In this document: positions 17,058-26,639 of the stretch, one piece after another | Layout of the letters: the number at the start of each line of letters is the position of its first letter | How positions within the stretch are numbered: position 1 is the first letter of the stretch | DNA from: Hyperthermus butylicus DSM 5456 | GTDB taxonomy: Archaea > Thermoproteota > Thermoprotei_A > Sulfolobales > Pyrodictiaceae | Direction of reading: 5' to 3' | DNA length: 32,000 nt | Assembly: GCF_000015145.1 (NCBI RefSeq) | Contig: NC_008818.1 | Coordinates: 1,440,001-1,472,000 of the forward strand | Translations under genes and position numbers: made by a program | Notes under the pieces: generated by a model | Seen by the model: only the letters and a program-made list of their open reading frames with translations | Database searches by the model: none | What the model was told of the DNA's origin: nothing

Positions 17058-18515
17058 CTAAGCCAGGCCTAGCTTTTCTAGCACTTTTGCAGCTTCCTCC
17101 TCTACCTGGGGGTCGGGCTCGACTTCCTCTGGCCAAGCCTTCCCCCCATACTCCTCGGGGAGCTTCCTGGTTGCATCTATGCCTAGCTTGCTGCCGTAGC
17201 CTGGTACTGGGGTTGCTGGGTCTAGCTGGTCTGTATGGGTGCCAGGTACCACTACGACGTCGCGCTGGGGGTCCACGTGCGCTGCTACCGCCCATAGCAC
17301 CTGGTTGAGATCGTGAACGTTTATGTCCTCGTCAACCACTATGATTATCTTGGTTAGCGCCATCTGGCCTAGGCCCCACAGGGCCATCATGACCTTCTTT
17401 GCCTGGCCCGGGTAGGTCTTCCTTATCGAGACTATCGCTACGCCCTGGAAGACTCCGTACTCCGGCATGTTTATGTCTACTACTTCTGGGAGTAGGGTAC
17501 GGATTACTGGTAGGAATATCCTCTCGACAGCCTTGCCTATATAGGCGTCCTCTAGCACTGGCTTACCCACAACCGTGCCCACATACACCGGGTTGCTTCG
17601 GATCCACATCCTCTCCACGGTCATTACGGGGAACTTCTCCGTGGGCTTGTCATAGTAGCCCCAGTGGTCGCCAAAGGGGCCCTCCTCGGAAAGCCTGCCG
17701 GGCTCCACGTAGCCCTCCAGGACTAGCTCCGAGGATGCTGGGACAGGGACGCCATTGGGCAGCCGGTATACCTCTACGCCGCGGCCAGCCATGACACCAG
17801 CGAAGAGCAGCTTGTCGAGCGGATAGGGTACCGGCATGACGCCCGCCAGCATTGCAGCCGGGTCCGAGCCCACCACCACTGCTACGGGTAGGGGCTCGCC
17901 ACGCTTCGCGGCTTCAAGATATGCATGGCGTCCCCTCTTGTGGAGCTGCCAGTGGATAACCAGCTCCCGCGGCGGCCTGAGCATCACCCGGTACACGCCT
18001 ATGTTCGTTACACCAGTGGCGGGATCTACTGTGTAGACTTGGCCAAAGGTTATGTAGCGGCCTCCGTCGCGTGGCCAGGACTTAAACGCTGGTATCGACG
18101 ATACATCAACCTTCTCACCCTCAACGACTGTTTCCTGGAAGGCTGCACGGCGCACCAGCCGTGGCGTATAACGACCCAGATCCATTACCTCCTTTAGGCT
18201 GCGCAGCTTACCTCCAAGGGTCATCGGCGGCTGGCGCCAGGCCTGGGAGACGAGCCTCCACCCTATCTCCTCAAGGTTCTCCACGCCAAGGGCTAGCTTT
18301 ATCCTCTCCAAGGAGCCGAATATGTTGCCCGCAACACGCCAGCCAGGGTAACCCTTTACGTTCTCGAAGAGGAGAGCTGGGCCACGCCGCTCCATAACCC
18401 GGCGGAGCACCGCAGGTATTTCAAGCACCGGGCTTAGCGGCTCCCGGATCCTGCGCAGCTCTCCCCTCTCCTCGAGCACCTCGAGGAATTCCCGGAGGTC
18501 ACGTGGAGCCTGCAC
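17058..18515 (-). CDS. UbiD-family (prenyl-FMN-dependent) decarboxylase
   Basis: RREPLSPVLEIPAVLRRVMERRGPALLFENVKGY, WQLHKRGRHAYLEAAKRGEPLPVAVVVGSDPA, EGPFGDHWGYYD, KKVMMALWG, VDEDINVHDLNQVLWAVAAHVDPQRDVVVVPGTHTDQLDP. Confidence 0.95.
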   Translation of the reverse strand: MQAPRDLREFLEVLEERGELRRIREPLSPVLEIPAVLRRVMERRGPALLFENVKGYPGWRVAGNIFGSLERIKLALGVENLEEIGWRLVSQAWRQPPMTLGGKLRSLKEVMDLGRYTPRLVRRAAFQETVVEGEKVDVSSIPAFKSWPRDGGRYITFGQVYTVDPATGVTNIGVYRVMLRPPRELVIHWQLHKRGRHAYLEAAKRGEPLPVAVVVGSDPAAMLAGVMPVPYPLDKLLFAGVMAGRGVEVYRLPNGVPVPASSELVLEGYVEPGRLSEEGPFGDHWGYYDKPTEKFPVMTVERMWIRSNPVYVGTVVGKPVLEDAYIGKAVERIFLPVIRTLLPEVVDINMPEYGVFQGVAIVSIRKTYPGQAKKVMMALWGLGQMALTKIIIVVDEDINVHDLNQVLWAVAAHVDPQRDVVVVPGTHTDQLDPATPVPGYGSKLGIDATRKLPEEYGGKAWPEEVEPDPQVEEEAAKVLEKLGLA

Positions 18516-18521
18516 AGCCCT

Positions 18522-19238
18522 CTAGCCCTCCCTACGCCTCGCAGCCCTGCTCAGGGCCTCGTATAGAGCTGCTGGCCTCTCCCCCGGCGGCACATCTCGC
18601 AGATCAACTACTGCTTCGACCCGGGTCGGCGGGTTGGTGAGCACGTAGACGCGGTCAGCTATCCTAGATGCCTCGTCGAGGTTGTGGTCCACGAGTATCA
18701 CTGTCTTGCCGGAGGCTGCTATCCTCCTTATGGCTTCTCCGAGGCTCCTACGGGACTCCACGTCCAGGCCTGCTAGGGGCTCGTCTAGGAGGAGTATGTC
18801 GGGGCCAAGGACGAGCATCCTAGCTATGGCAGCTTTACGGGCTGTGCCCCCGCTAACCTCGCCAGGGTACTTGTCAAGATGCTCCACTATCCCCAGCATC
18901 CCTGCCACGGACTCCACAATCTCCATGGCTTTGCGGCGGGAAACGCCTCGGTATAGGAGGCCCAGGGCTATGTTGTCTCTTAGCCTCCTCCAGGGCAGGA
19001 GTAGGTTCTCCTGGAACACGAGGAGTACACGACCCTTCACAAAGACCCTGCCACGGTCGGGCTTCTCTAGCCCAGCGATTATCCTTAGAAGGGTTGTTTT
19101 GCCGCAGCCGTTGGGCCCGACGATACCCACTACCTCGCCCCGCCTAGCATAGACACTAACGCCCGCCAGCACGGTGATGCCATTGAAGCTCTTCCAGACA
19201 TCGGTAGCTTCTACTACTGTCTCGGCAGCGTCGCCCAA
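18522..19238 (-). CDS. ABC transporter ATP-binding protein (nitrate/sulfonate/bicarbonate type)
   Basis: GPNGCGKTTLLRI, Q-loop LVFQENLLLPWRRLRDNIALG, signature-region VSGGTARKAAIARMLVLGPDILLLDEPLAGLD. Confidence 0.93.
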   Translation of the reverse strand: MGDAAETVVEATDVWKSFNGITVLAGVSVYARRGEVVGIVGPNGCGKTTLLRIIAGLEKPDRGRVFVKGRVLLVFQENLLLPWRRLRDNIALGLLYRGVSRRKAMEIVESVAGMLGIVEHLDKYPGEVSGGTARKAAIARMLVLGPDILLLDEPLAGLDVESRRSLGEAIRRIAASGKTVILVDHNLDEASRIADRVYVLTNPPTRVEAVVDLRDVPPGERPAALYEALSRAARRREG

Positions 19239-20020
19239 CGCTTTACACGCTCCTCAACCCTTTCGAGCACCAGCTTGTCCAGGAGCACCATTAGTGCTAC
19301 CAGGAGTAGGCCCCATGCAAAGACTCCCCGGGGCTCTGCCAGGCTATAGTACGTTGCTATCATGTAGCCTATGCCACCACTACTCCCAAACGCTTCTGCA
19401 ACAACGCTAATCCTAAGCGCAGCGCCAAGAGCTGCCCTGGCAGCACCTGCGAGCTGCGGCAGGAGGCTGGGCAGGAGGAAGTCCGTATAGGTGCGTAGCC
19501 TGCCCGCGCCCAGCATTGCTGCCAGCTCGTAGAGCCTAGGGTTTACCGATTCAAGGCCGGAGACTATGGCTGATAGGATTATGGGGAATGCTACGAGCCC
19601 TGCAACCGCTACTGGCGGGACTGGGCTGAGGACACCAAACAACATTACCAGGATGACTATCCAGACTAGCACCGATACACTCTGCACAACCGTGTTGAGA
19701 GCCCTGACCGCCTCCCTAGCAACTGGAGACAAGGTGTAGGCATAGCCTAGTAGCAGCGCTGCCGCCATGCCCGCTGCGAAGCCAAGCAACGTGCGGGATA
19801 GTGTTAGCCAGGTGCTCCACGCTATCCTCCAGAGTCCCTCCCCCGCAAGGAAGGCTAGGGCCTCGGCTGGGCTTGGGACCTGGCGGGGGTAAAGGATATG
19901 GGCTAAAAACCAGATTGAGCCGAGGCTGGCTAGGGCTATTAGCCAGCCTGCCAGAATGCCCCTTCTGCCAGCTGGTCGGGGCTTGAGGATATGTATCCTC
20001 CCCGTCTGGCCAGCTCCCAT
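19214..20020 (-). CDS. ABC transporter permease (nitrate/sulfonate/NMT1 type)
   Basis: PSPAEALAFLAGEGLWRIAWSTWLTLSRTLLGFAAGMAAALLLGY and LPSLLPQLAGAARAALGAALRISVVAEAFGSSGGIGYMI. The ORF track starts at 20092; an internal ATG at 20020 reduces overlap with the upstream gene. Confidence 0.88.
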   Translation of the reverse strand: MGAGQTGRIHILKPRPAGRRGILAGWLIALASLGSIWFLAHILYPRQVPSPAEALAFLAGEGLWRIAWSTWLTLSRTLLGFAAGMAAALLLGYAYTLSPVAREAVRALNTVVQSVSVLVWIVILVMLFGVLSPVPPVAVAGLVAFPIILSAIVSGLESVNPRLYELAAMLGAGRLRTYTDFLLPSLLPQLAGAARAALGAALRISVVAEAFGSSGGIGYMIATYYSLAEPRGVFAWGLLLVALMVLLDKLVLERVEERVKRWATLPRQ

Positions 20021-21015
20021 ACCGCCAGTATGTTCTCCACCATAGGCTTTGACAGCGCCTCCGACTCCTCCATCTTCAGTCTCTGCCAGCAATACTCTGC
20101 AGCCTCCCGGCTCAGTCCATAGCCCTTAGCGAGAATGTCCACGGCTAGGCTCATATTGTTGTTCCAGGCGTGTGCAGCCTCGCTCCTTGCAGCCTGGAGG
20201 GCTTCGACGAGTTCTGGGTTTTCGCGTGCCCAGCTACCTCGGGCAGCATAGACAATCATTACGCCCTGGTCGCCGACGTGGCCCGGCCACTCCCTCCAGA
20301 GCTGCTCGTAGCTTACGAGTATCCTGCCACCATACTCCACCACAAGCTTCGAGACCAGGGGCTCCCAGAGAACAACAGCGTCAACGTCACCCCTCTCGAA
20401 GGCCTGCACAAGCTGTGGCGGCGGGGCGTCCACGAGTGTAAAGTACTCCTCAACGTCGATACCGTAGATAGCCTTCATGTAGGCCCTGAATATCGCGTAG
20501 GTACCGGTTGGCTTAAACACGCCTAGCCGAGCACCCTCCAGGTTCTCTATGGTCTCTGCCTCTACGCCAGGCCGCACGACTATAGCCTGGTTCTGGTAGA
20601 AGTCAACGGCTATTATCACTGCATCTGTGCCCTGCTCCCGGAGCTTGGCCACAAACTCTGCAGGTATAACAGCCACATCTATGTCTCCGCGCGCGAGCGC
20701 GTTTGCGAGATCTAGAGTCTTGGCGAAGTATAGTGTTTCAATCTGAAGGCAGTGCTTCTCATCCAGTCCCAAGGTCTCGATAACGTCTAGCGTTGATACC
20801 CCGCCGCGCAGCGTGCCAATACGAACCGTTTCAACCGCTGCGCAGTGCTGCTCCGCAGCTGTACTTGCCTGACCAGGCTGGCTGAGCTGTGTTCCACCAC
20901 CACCCCAGGAGACGAGGACAGCTGCAACAAGTGCGGCAGCTACCACTACCACGGCTACGGCAATGTACGCCCCGCGGCTCACGCTCGGCCACCCCCGGCA
21001 GCCCCGGTGCCCCAT
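19939..21015 (-). CDS. ABC transporter substrate-binding protein (NMT1/SsuA-like)
   Basis: N-terminal membrane anchor, then VRIGTLRGGVSTLDVIETLGLDEKHCLQIE, ARGDIDVAVIPAEF, LEGARLGVFKPTGTYAIFRAYM, AFERGDVDAVVLWEPL. Confidence 0.85.
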   Translation of the reverse strand: MGHRGCRGWPSVSRGAYIAVAVVVVAAALVAAVLVSWGGGGTQLSQPGQASTAAEQHCAAVETVRIGTLRGGVSTLDVIETLGLDEKHCLQIETLYFAKTLDLANALARGDIDVAVIPAEFVAKLREQGTDAVIIAVDFYQNQAIVVRPGVEAETIENLEGARLGVFKPTGTYAIFRAYMKAIYGIDVEEYFTLVDAPPPQLVQAFERGDVDAVVLWEPLVSKLVVEYGGRILVSYEQLWREWPGHVGDQGVMIVYAARGSWARENPELVEALQAARSEAAHAWNNNMSLAVDILAKGYGLSREAAEYCWQRLKMEESEALSKPMVENILAVWELARRGGYISSSPDQLAEGAFWQAG

Positions 21016-21036
21016 GGAGAGGCTAAAGGATGTAGC

Positions 21037-21606
21037 CTAAACGTTTCCCTTAACACTCCCACTCCTCCTGGCCAAGAGCCTGCCAGTCTTCTCAAACCCG
21101 CACCCCATCGTTTTGTCCTCGAGCCCTGGGAGGCTACAGCCCGCGACGAGCAAGGTGTAGGCAATAGCGTCCAACACCTCGCCGACAAGCTCCTCGTCGA
21201 GGAGCGGCTCGCCGTTAGCCTCGTGGAGCTCTATGCTCGGGTGCAGCCAGGCCCCGAGGGAGAGGTAGATGTGGAGGAGCCACCTCTTCCGGGAGCCATG
21301 CACGCCCCTCAGCTCCTTTATCATCGTTGCCGTGAAGCTTGCTGCAAACCTGCTCCTGTGCCGAATCCTTGCTAGCGCCTTTTCCCATTCGAGACCCTGA
21401 AGCCAGTAGTACGCGTATTGCACCGCCGCTTCGAAGGCTAGCCTTAATCTGGAGTAGAGGCAGAAGACGTCCCCGGCACCGTAGGCTCCTACTGCGCGCC
21501 TCAACGCTGTACACGCGAGCCCCGTAGCGCACTCCGAGCCACAGACAGCCTCCGCGAGGGCCTCGAGACAGCTCCCTGTAGGTCCGCCAGGAGGGGTACT
21601 ACTCAT
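21037..21606 (-). CDS. Hypothetical protein, first gene of the ABC/UbiD cluster
   Basis: 189-aa helical ORF ending 22 nt upstream of the solute-binding protein gene, same strand. Confidence 0.6.
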   Translation of the reverse strand: MSSTPPGGPTGSCLEALAEAVCGSECATGLACTALRRAVGAYGAGDVFCLYSRLRLAFEAAVQYAYYWLQGLEWEKALARIRHRSRFAASFTATMIKELRGVHGSRKRWLLHIYLSLGAWLHPSIELHEANGEPLLDEELVGEVLDAIAYTLLVAGCSLPGLEDKTMGCGFEKTGRLLARRSGSVKGNV

Positions 21607-21674
21607 TAGCCCTAGCCCAGAGCTATTGGAGATGGTTGGACTGGCCTATAGGCTAGCCCCTCCCTGCCACGAGG

Positions 21675-23585
21675 GTGACGCAAGTATTGCATGGCTTGGC
21701 CTGCCCTGAGAATCCTTTGAAGGCACCGGCGGGCTGTCGCTACGCGCTCATGGGCAACGAGGCCATTGCACGGGGCGTGGTTGAGGCTGGAGCCTCGGTC
21801 GTGACGGGGTACCCGGGTACCCCTTCCTCCGAAGTTATTGAGACCCTGCAGAAGCTCGGCGATGGGCTTGACATCTACGTGGAGTGGGCTGTGAATGAGA
21901 GGGTGGCATTCGAGATAGCCTATGGCGCCGCCATAGGCGGCGCAAGAGCTATGGCCACGATGAAGGCGCCTGGTGCGAACGTCGCTGCAGACCCGATGAT
22001 ATCAGCAGCCTACGGAGGCGTTGACGGAGGCCTAGTAGTCCTCATAGCTGACGACCCCGGGCCACATACGACGCAGACCGAGCAGGATAACCGGTGGTTC
22101 GCGGAGCTGGCAAAACTGCCAATGATAACCCCCTCCACGCCGCAGGAGGCGAAGGACTTTACTGTTAAGGGGTTCGAGCTGAGCGAGATACTCGGCCTAC
22201 CAGTGCTCCTCCGCACTACCACTAGGGTAAACCATGCCGTTGGGGACGTTGTTACGGGACCCACTCGGGAGCCAGTAAGGTTCAAGCGGTTTGTTAGGCA
22301 GCCAGAGCGCTTCGTGAGAGCAGGCATGGCCTGGAATCTTGAGAGGCACCGGTGGCTAAACAGGACGCTGGCACAGACTGAGGATGCTGCAGAGAAGCTT
22401 GGGCTGAACATGGTGGAGGGGGGCGAGAACGCTGAGCTCTGCATCGTAACTGAGGGGGCCGCGTACAACTACGTTGTGGAGGCCCTGGAGAGGCTCGGCG
22501 CCCTGGAGAGGGTTAGGATTGTGAAGCTTGGCCTCCTCTACCCGGCGCCTCGCAAGCTGCTATCAAGCCAGCTGTCGCAGTGCCGCAGGGTGCTTGTGGT
22601 GGAGGAGCTTGACCCCTACGTGGAGCACGTGGTTAAGAGGGTTGCGTTCGACGAGGGGCTGAGGATTGAGGTTCTCGGCAAGGATGAGGGCTTATTGCCC
22701 CTCGAGGGCGAGCTGGATACTGCTAAGGTGCTAGCAGCCCTCGCCAAGCTGCTGGATGCTGAGCCCCCAGCGGTGGAGTCCGCGTCGCCGAGGAGGGAGG
22801 CTCCGCCGAGGCCTCCGCCGCTGTGTCCGGGCTGCCCCCACCGCTCCAGCTATCTCGCAATAATCCTCGGCATCCGGAGGGCCGGCTACCGGGTCGACGA
22901 GGTGCCAATCTTCGGCGATATTGGCTGCTACGCGCTGAGTGTGTATCCACCACTAAACGCTATATGGACCGAGCACAGCATGGGTGCGAGCATATCTATG
23001 GCTATGGGTCTCAAGCTGTCCGGGTACCCGAAACCTGTGGTTGCAACCATTGGCGACTCGACATTCTTCCATGCGGGGATACAGCCGCTGATAGAGGCTG
23101 TCCACAAGAGGGTAGACATGCTCGTGGTGATACTGGATAACGACGTCGTAGCTATGACGGGGCACCAGTCAACACCGGCCTGGACCAGGACCGAGACCGG
23201 CAGGCCAGCCAGGCCCGTGAACCTGGTAGACATAGTCAAGGCTATAGGTGTCGATAACCTTGCAGTTGTGGATCCATATGATGTTGACGGGATGGCTAGG
23301 GTTGTCGCGGAGTTTCTGAGGAAGCCCGGGGTAAACGTAATCATAGCAAAGCATCCATGTGCACTGCTCGAGGCTAGGCTGAAGGGCGTAGAGAAGGTCT
23401 ACACTGTGGTGCCGGAGAAGTGTACCAGCTGTATGGCTTGTGTGAAGGTTACGGGGTGCCCCGCACTCTACGTTACCGAGGACGGCAAGGTGGGGATAGT
23501 GGAGGAGGATTGTACTGGCTGTGGGCTCTGTGCCCGTTTCTGCCCCTACGGCGCCATAGTCGAGAAGCCAGCCGGTAGGAGGTGA
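21675..23585 (+). CDS. iorA: Indolepyruvate:ferredoxin oxidoreductase, alpha subunit
   Basis: GNEAIARGVVEAGASVVTGYPGTPSSEVIETL, LCPGCPHRSSY, GDIGCYAL, GDSTFFHAG, C-terminal CTSCMACVKVTGCPAL and CTGCGLCARFCPYGAI. Confidence 0.97.
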   Translation: MTQVLHGLACPENPLKAPAGCRYALMGNEAIARGVVEAGASVVTGYPGTPSSEVIETLQKLGDGLDIYVEWAVNERVAFEIAYGAAIGGARAMATMKAPGANVAADPMISAAYGGVDGGLVVLIADDPGPHTTQTEQDNRWFAELAKLPMITPSTPQEAKDFTVKGFELSEILGLPVLLRTTTRVNHAVGDVVTGPTREPVRFKRFVRQPERFVRAGMAWNLERHRWLNRTLAQTEDAAEKLGLNMVEGGENAELCIVTEGAAYNYVVEALERLGALERVRIVKLGLLYPAPRKLLSSQLSQCRRVLVVEELDPYVEHVVKRVAFDEGLRIEVLGKDEGLLPLEGELDTAKVLAALAKLLDAEPPAVESASPRREAPPRPPPLCPGCPHRSSYLAIILGIRRAGYRVDEVPIFGDIGCYALSVYPPLNAIWTEHSMGASISMAMGLKLSGYPKPVVATIGDSTFFHAGIQPLIEAVHKRVDMLVVILDNDVVAMTGHQSTPAWTRTETGRPARPVNLVDIVKAIGVDNLAVVDPYDVDGMARVVAEFLRKPGVNVIIAKHPCALLEARLKGVEKVYTVVPEKCTSCMACVKVTGCPALYVTEDGKVGIVEEDCTGCGLCARFCPYGAIVEKPAGRR

Positions 23586-23592
23586 GCCCGCC

Positions 23593-24201
23593 ATGGCCTG
23601 GAAGGTAAACATTCTCATAGCCTCTGTCGGGGGGCAGGGGGGACTTACGCTGTCCAGGGTTCTAGCAGCAGCTGCTGTCTACGCGGGGCTTAGCGTGAGA
23701 ACTGGCGAGACGCTAGGTATGTCCCAGAGGTTCGGCTCGGTAGTCAGCTACGTGCGGATCGGTGAGAGGGTTTACGCGCCGACCTTCCCACCGGGCGAGG
23801 CAGACTGCATGGTCGCCCTGGAGCTGACGGAGGCCGTTAGGAACCTGCACATGCTCCGGAGGAGCGGCCTACTAGTGGCAGCCGATACTGTGAAGCCGCC
23901 GGTGAGTGCTAGCCTCGACCAGACCCCCCACCCATCCAGGGGGGAGCTGCTGGCAGCACTGAGAGAGGCTGATGCGAGGCTCGTAGTTGTGCCGGCCCGG
24001 GAGCTGGCTCTGAGAACAGGGAACCCCCGGGCGGCAAATATGGTGCTGCTTGGTGTGCTCAACAAGCTTGCAGGCCTACTACCACACAGCGCCGTGGAGA
24101 AAGCTATCATCAACGTTCTGCGGGGCCGCCGCGGTGAAACTTCCGTCAAGGCTTACTGGCTCGGTGTAGACTATGCTGCAAGGCTGAGAGAATCATCCTA
24201 A
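23593..24201 (+). CDS. iorB: Indolepyruvate:ferredoxin oxidoreductase, beta subunit
   Basis: ASVGGQGGLTLSRVLAAAAVYAGLSVRTGETLGMSQRFGSVVSYVRIG, immediately downstream of iorA. Confidence 0.95.
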   Translation: MAWKVNILIASVGGQGGLTLSRVLAAAAVYAGLSVRTGETLGMSQRFGSVVSYVRIGERVYAPTFPPGEADCMVALELTEAVRNLHMLRRSGLLVAADTVKPPVSASLDQTPHPSRGELLAALREADARLVVVPARELALRTGNPRAANMVLLGVLNKLAGLLPHSAVEKAIINVLRGRRGETSVKAYWLGVDYAARLRESS

Positions 24202-24510
24202 AGCATGGAGGCTGTAACAGCTTCTCCCTGAGCCCAACCATAGCTATGACAATAGCCCTAAAGCCCTAATGCTATACAAGCCAGAGCCTCGATCCCATGA
24301 GCCATCACAGCTAAAGCCTTCAAGCCCCACTTACTAGTGGGCTCCTCCTCTATTGCTGAAGTAGCTAGCTACCACGAAACCGCAACCACCAGCAATTGAA
24401 AGCTATTGAGATTGATAGGCCCCTCCCTCTTAGCCAGAACTAAGCAGCATGCACGCCAAAGCCTAGCTAAAATACTCCTCATATAGGTACTCAGGATAGA
24501 ATGGCCTATA

Positions 24511-25458
24511 GTGCACACCGAGGGATTACCCTTGGAAAGCCATGCTGCTTCTAGCTCACGCAGGTTCCTCTTGCCCCTAGTTGCAGCTGTGCTGGTCACT
24601 GTTGCCCTCCTACTGGTTCCATCCCAGCTACACTATGGAGGTACAGGAGGAGACAGCGACGCCAACACTGAGAACTGCGTCCTGCAGGCTAGCCAGACCG
24701 GTAGCTTTACTCATGCCGGCATACACTACTATGGAGAGTGTAGTTTTAAACACTACGGTTTAGTATTACTGCAGCTTCCAGTGTAACGGGCTGGACCTCA
24801 AGGCTGTTCAGGAGATCCGCATAATTCTTGGTGAGGAGAACATAACCTTCAATCTCCCACAACTCGTCCGGGCTGTGAGTGTTGGCGGCATTATATACTT
24901 TGGTGTTGCACCGGGAACTGTACGGGATGGGGAGTACTAAACCAGTGTCGACCTACTATTGGTAGCGTACAATGAGACTACTGGTACCCGCTTTGAGACT
25001 AGTATGCGTGTTGAGTTACCGGAAAAGATTGTAGAGTATAGACCGTCGGTAGTAAAGCTAGCAGAGTACGAATACACGCTTAACAGCTCAATGCCAACGA
25101 TAAAAGTGAACATTTCAGAGGTCACTGGAAGGGAAGGAGCGTATTATGCCAGTATAACCCTCCAGGGTGAGGGCTATCTGAAGGTAACCTACATCGATGA
25201 AAAAGGCGCTACAGCCGGCTATATAGTCCAGCTAAGTGATCTGGGGTGGCCACGGGAAACCCTCAACATACCATTCATGGTGTCTGCAGCTTGTGGCGAG
25301 AAGCCAGCATGGCCCAAGGGCTGTTGACCTTTACCCTCATAGAGGGCGAAGCCAGGGCTACTGTAAAGATCTACCGGTCCGAGTACATAACACTGGTACT
25401 CGTATTCGAGGATGGGAGCGAGAAGCCGTTGTACCTACCAGTCACCAGCATGGACTAG
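24511..25458 (+). pseudogene. Disrupted secreted/membrane-anchored protein gene
   Basis: Signal-anchor ORF (FLLPLVAAVLVTVALLLVPSQ) breaks near 24786. A second frame reads NGLDLKAVQEIRIILGEENITF...DGEY*TSVDLLLVAYNETTGTRFE with TAA at 24938. A further shift near 25320 leads to LTFTLIEGEARATVKIYRSEYITLVLVFEDGSEKPLYLPVTSMD*. Confidence 0.55.
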
Positions 25459-25476
25459 CAAACCCTCCACGCAGGG

Positions 25477-26235
25477 CTAACCGTGGGCCAGCAGCTTTCT
25501 AGCTTCCTCAACGAGTCTTGGCAGCACCTCACCCGCCCTACCTTTTAGGAATACATCAGCTATGGGGGTTACCGCTGACTCCTCTATGTTGACTTCGACC
25601 ACGTAGCCGCCATGCTGTTTCACGATGTGCGGGATATAGCCTGCAGGCATAACGACACCGCTGGTTCCAACCACGAGAATGCCCTGGCTAGACTCTGCAA
25701 GCTCGACCGCTGTTCTCCAAGCCTCCTCGGGTAGAGGCTCTCCAAACCAGACCACGTCGGGGCGCAGGAGGCCGCCACAGCGCGGACAGCGTGGCGGGAC
25801 CTCTCTTGGGGGCTCCCTGAATACCAGCTTGTAACTGCAGCGCATGCACCTGGCCCGCCAAATATTCCCGTGGAGTTCTACAACACAGTGCTGCCCAGCA
25901 CGCTGGTGCAGACCGTCAACGTTCTGCGTCACCACGCATCTTATGAGCCCGAGCCTCTCAAGCTCAACTAGCGCGTAGTGCGCGGGATTCGGCCTGGCCT
26001 TGTAGATTATCTCCATCCTCCACCTGTACCATTCCCAGACAAGCCGGGGGTTCCTCTCAAACGCCTCCGGCGTAGCAAGCTCTTCCGGCCTGAACCTCTC
26101 CCATAGCCCACCACGCCCCCTGAAGGTCGGCACACCACTCTCAGCCGATATGCCAGCCCCGGTGAACGCTATGAAGGGCCGATACTGTACAAGCAGCTCC
26201 GCAGCCCGGCGAATATCCTCCACAAGTCCAACCAT
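25477..26235 (-). CDS. NAD-dependent protein deacylase (sirtuin)
   Basis: [40 protein letters not shown]...PRCPRCGG zinc motif, VVGTSGVV. Start placed at ATG 26235; the ORF-track extension to 26307 is probably not coding. Confidence 0.95.
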   Translation of the reverse strand: MVGLVEDIRRAAELLVQYRPFIAFTGAGISAESGVPTFRGRGGLWERFRPEELATPEAFERNPRLVWEWYRWRMEIIYKARPNPAHYALVELERLGLIRCVVTQNVDGLHQRAGQHCVVELHGNIWRARCMRCSYKLVFREPPREVPPRCPRCGGLLRPDVVWFGEPLPEEAWRTAVELAESSQGILVVGTSGVVMPAGYIPHIVKQHGGYVVEVNIEESAVTPIADVFLKGRAGEVLPRLVEEARKLLAHG

Positions 26236-26639
26236 AGGAAGCCATGCCTCCAAGAGAACACCAGTCCACGAGTAGCAGCCATATACCCCACGCAGCCCAA
26301 AGTACACCCTGGCTCCGCGGAGCAGGGCCGCTGCGTAAGACGGCCCGCTCGGGATGATGCGGAGCCGGGGTCTTCTCGCCCGCAGCCCATGCCTAGACCA
26401 TCAAACTCCATGCCTTAGCAGCCAGCCTAGCGTGGTAGGTGAACCTTGTAATCATGAGGACGTATAGGAGGAACCTTCTTAGGTGTTGCCACGGCCTAGC
26501 CATACCATAATCTGGTTTTGTTGCAGCTCTAAGTGTTCTGTTCATGGCAAGGTGTGCTATCACGTTATTTAAGGCATATACACTTGGTTAGTACCCCGTT
26601 CGCCACCTAGGCCTAAGCTAATTAGGTTAATTATGCATA

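Noticed and set aside
20021-20092. N-terminal extension of the ABC permease (ORF-track start 20092)
   Set aside because: Gly/Glu-rich non-membrane sequence antisense-free but fully inside the solute-binding protein coding region. The family-typical sequence begins later.
22010-23618. Long minus-strand ORFs (22010..22468, 22723..22953, 22928..23344, 23169..23618) opposite iorA
   Set aside because: They are low-complexity Ser/Thr/Arg-rich shadow ORFs antisense to a strongly supported conserved gene in GC-rich DNA.
24938-24940. The in-frame TAA in the secreted protein gene as possible recoding
   Set aside because: TAA recoding is not established in archaea, and the same gene has two additional frameshifts, so decay or sequence error is the simpler explanation.
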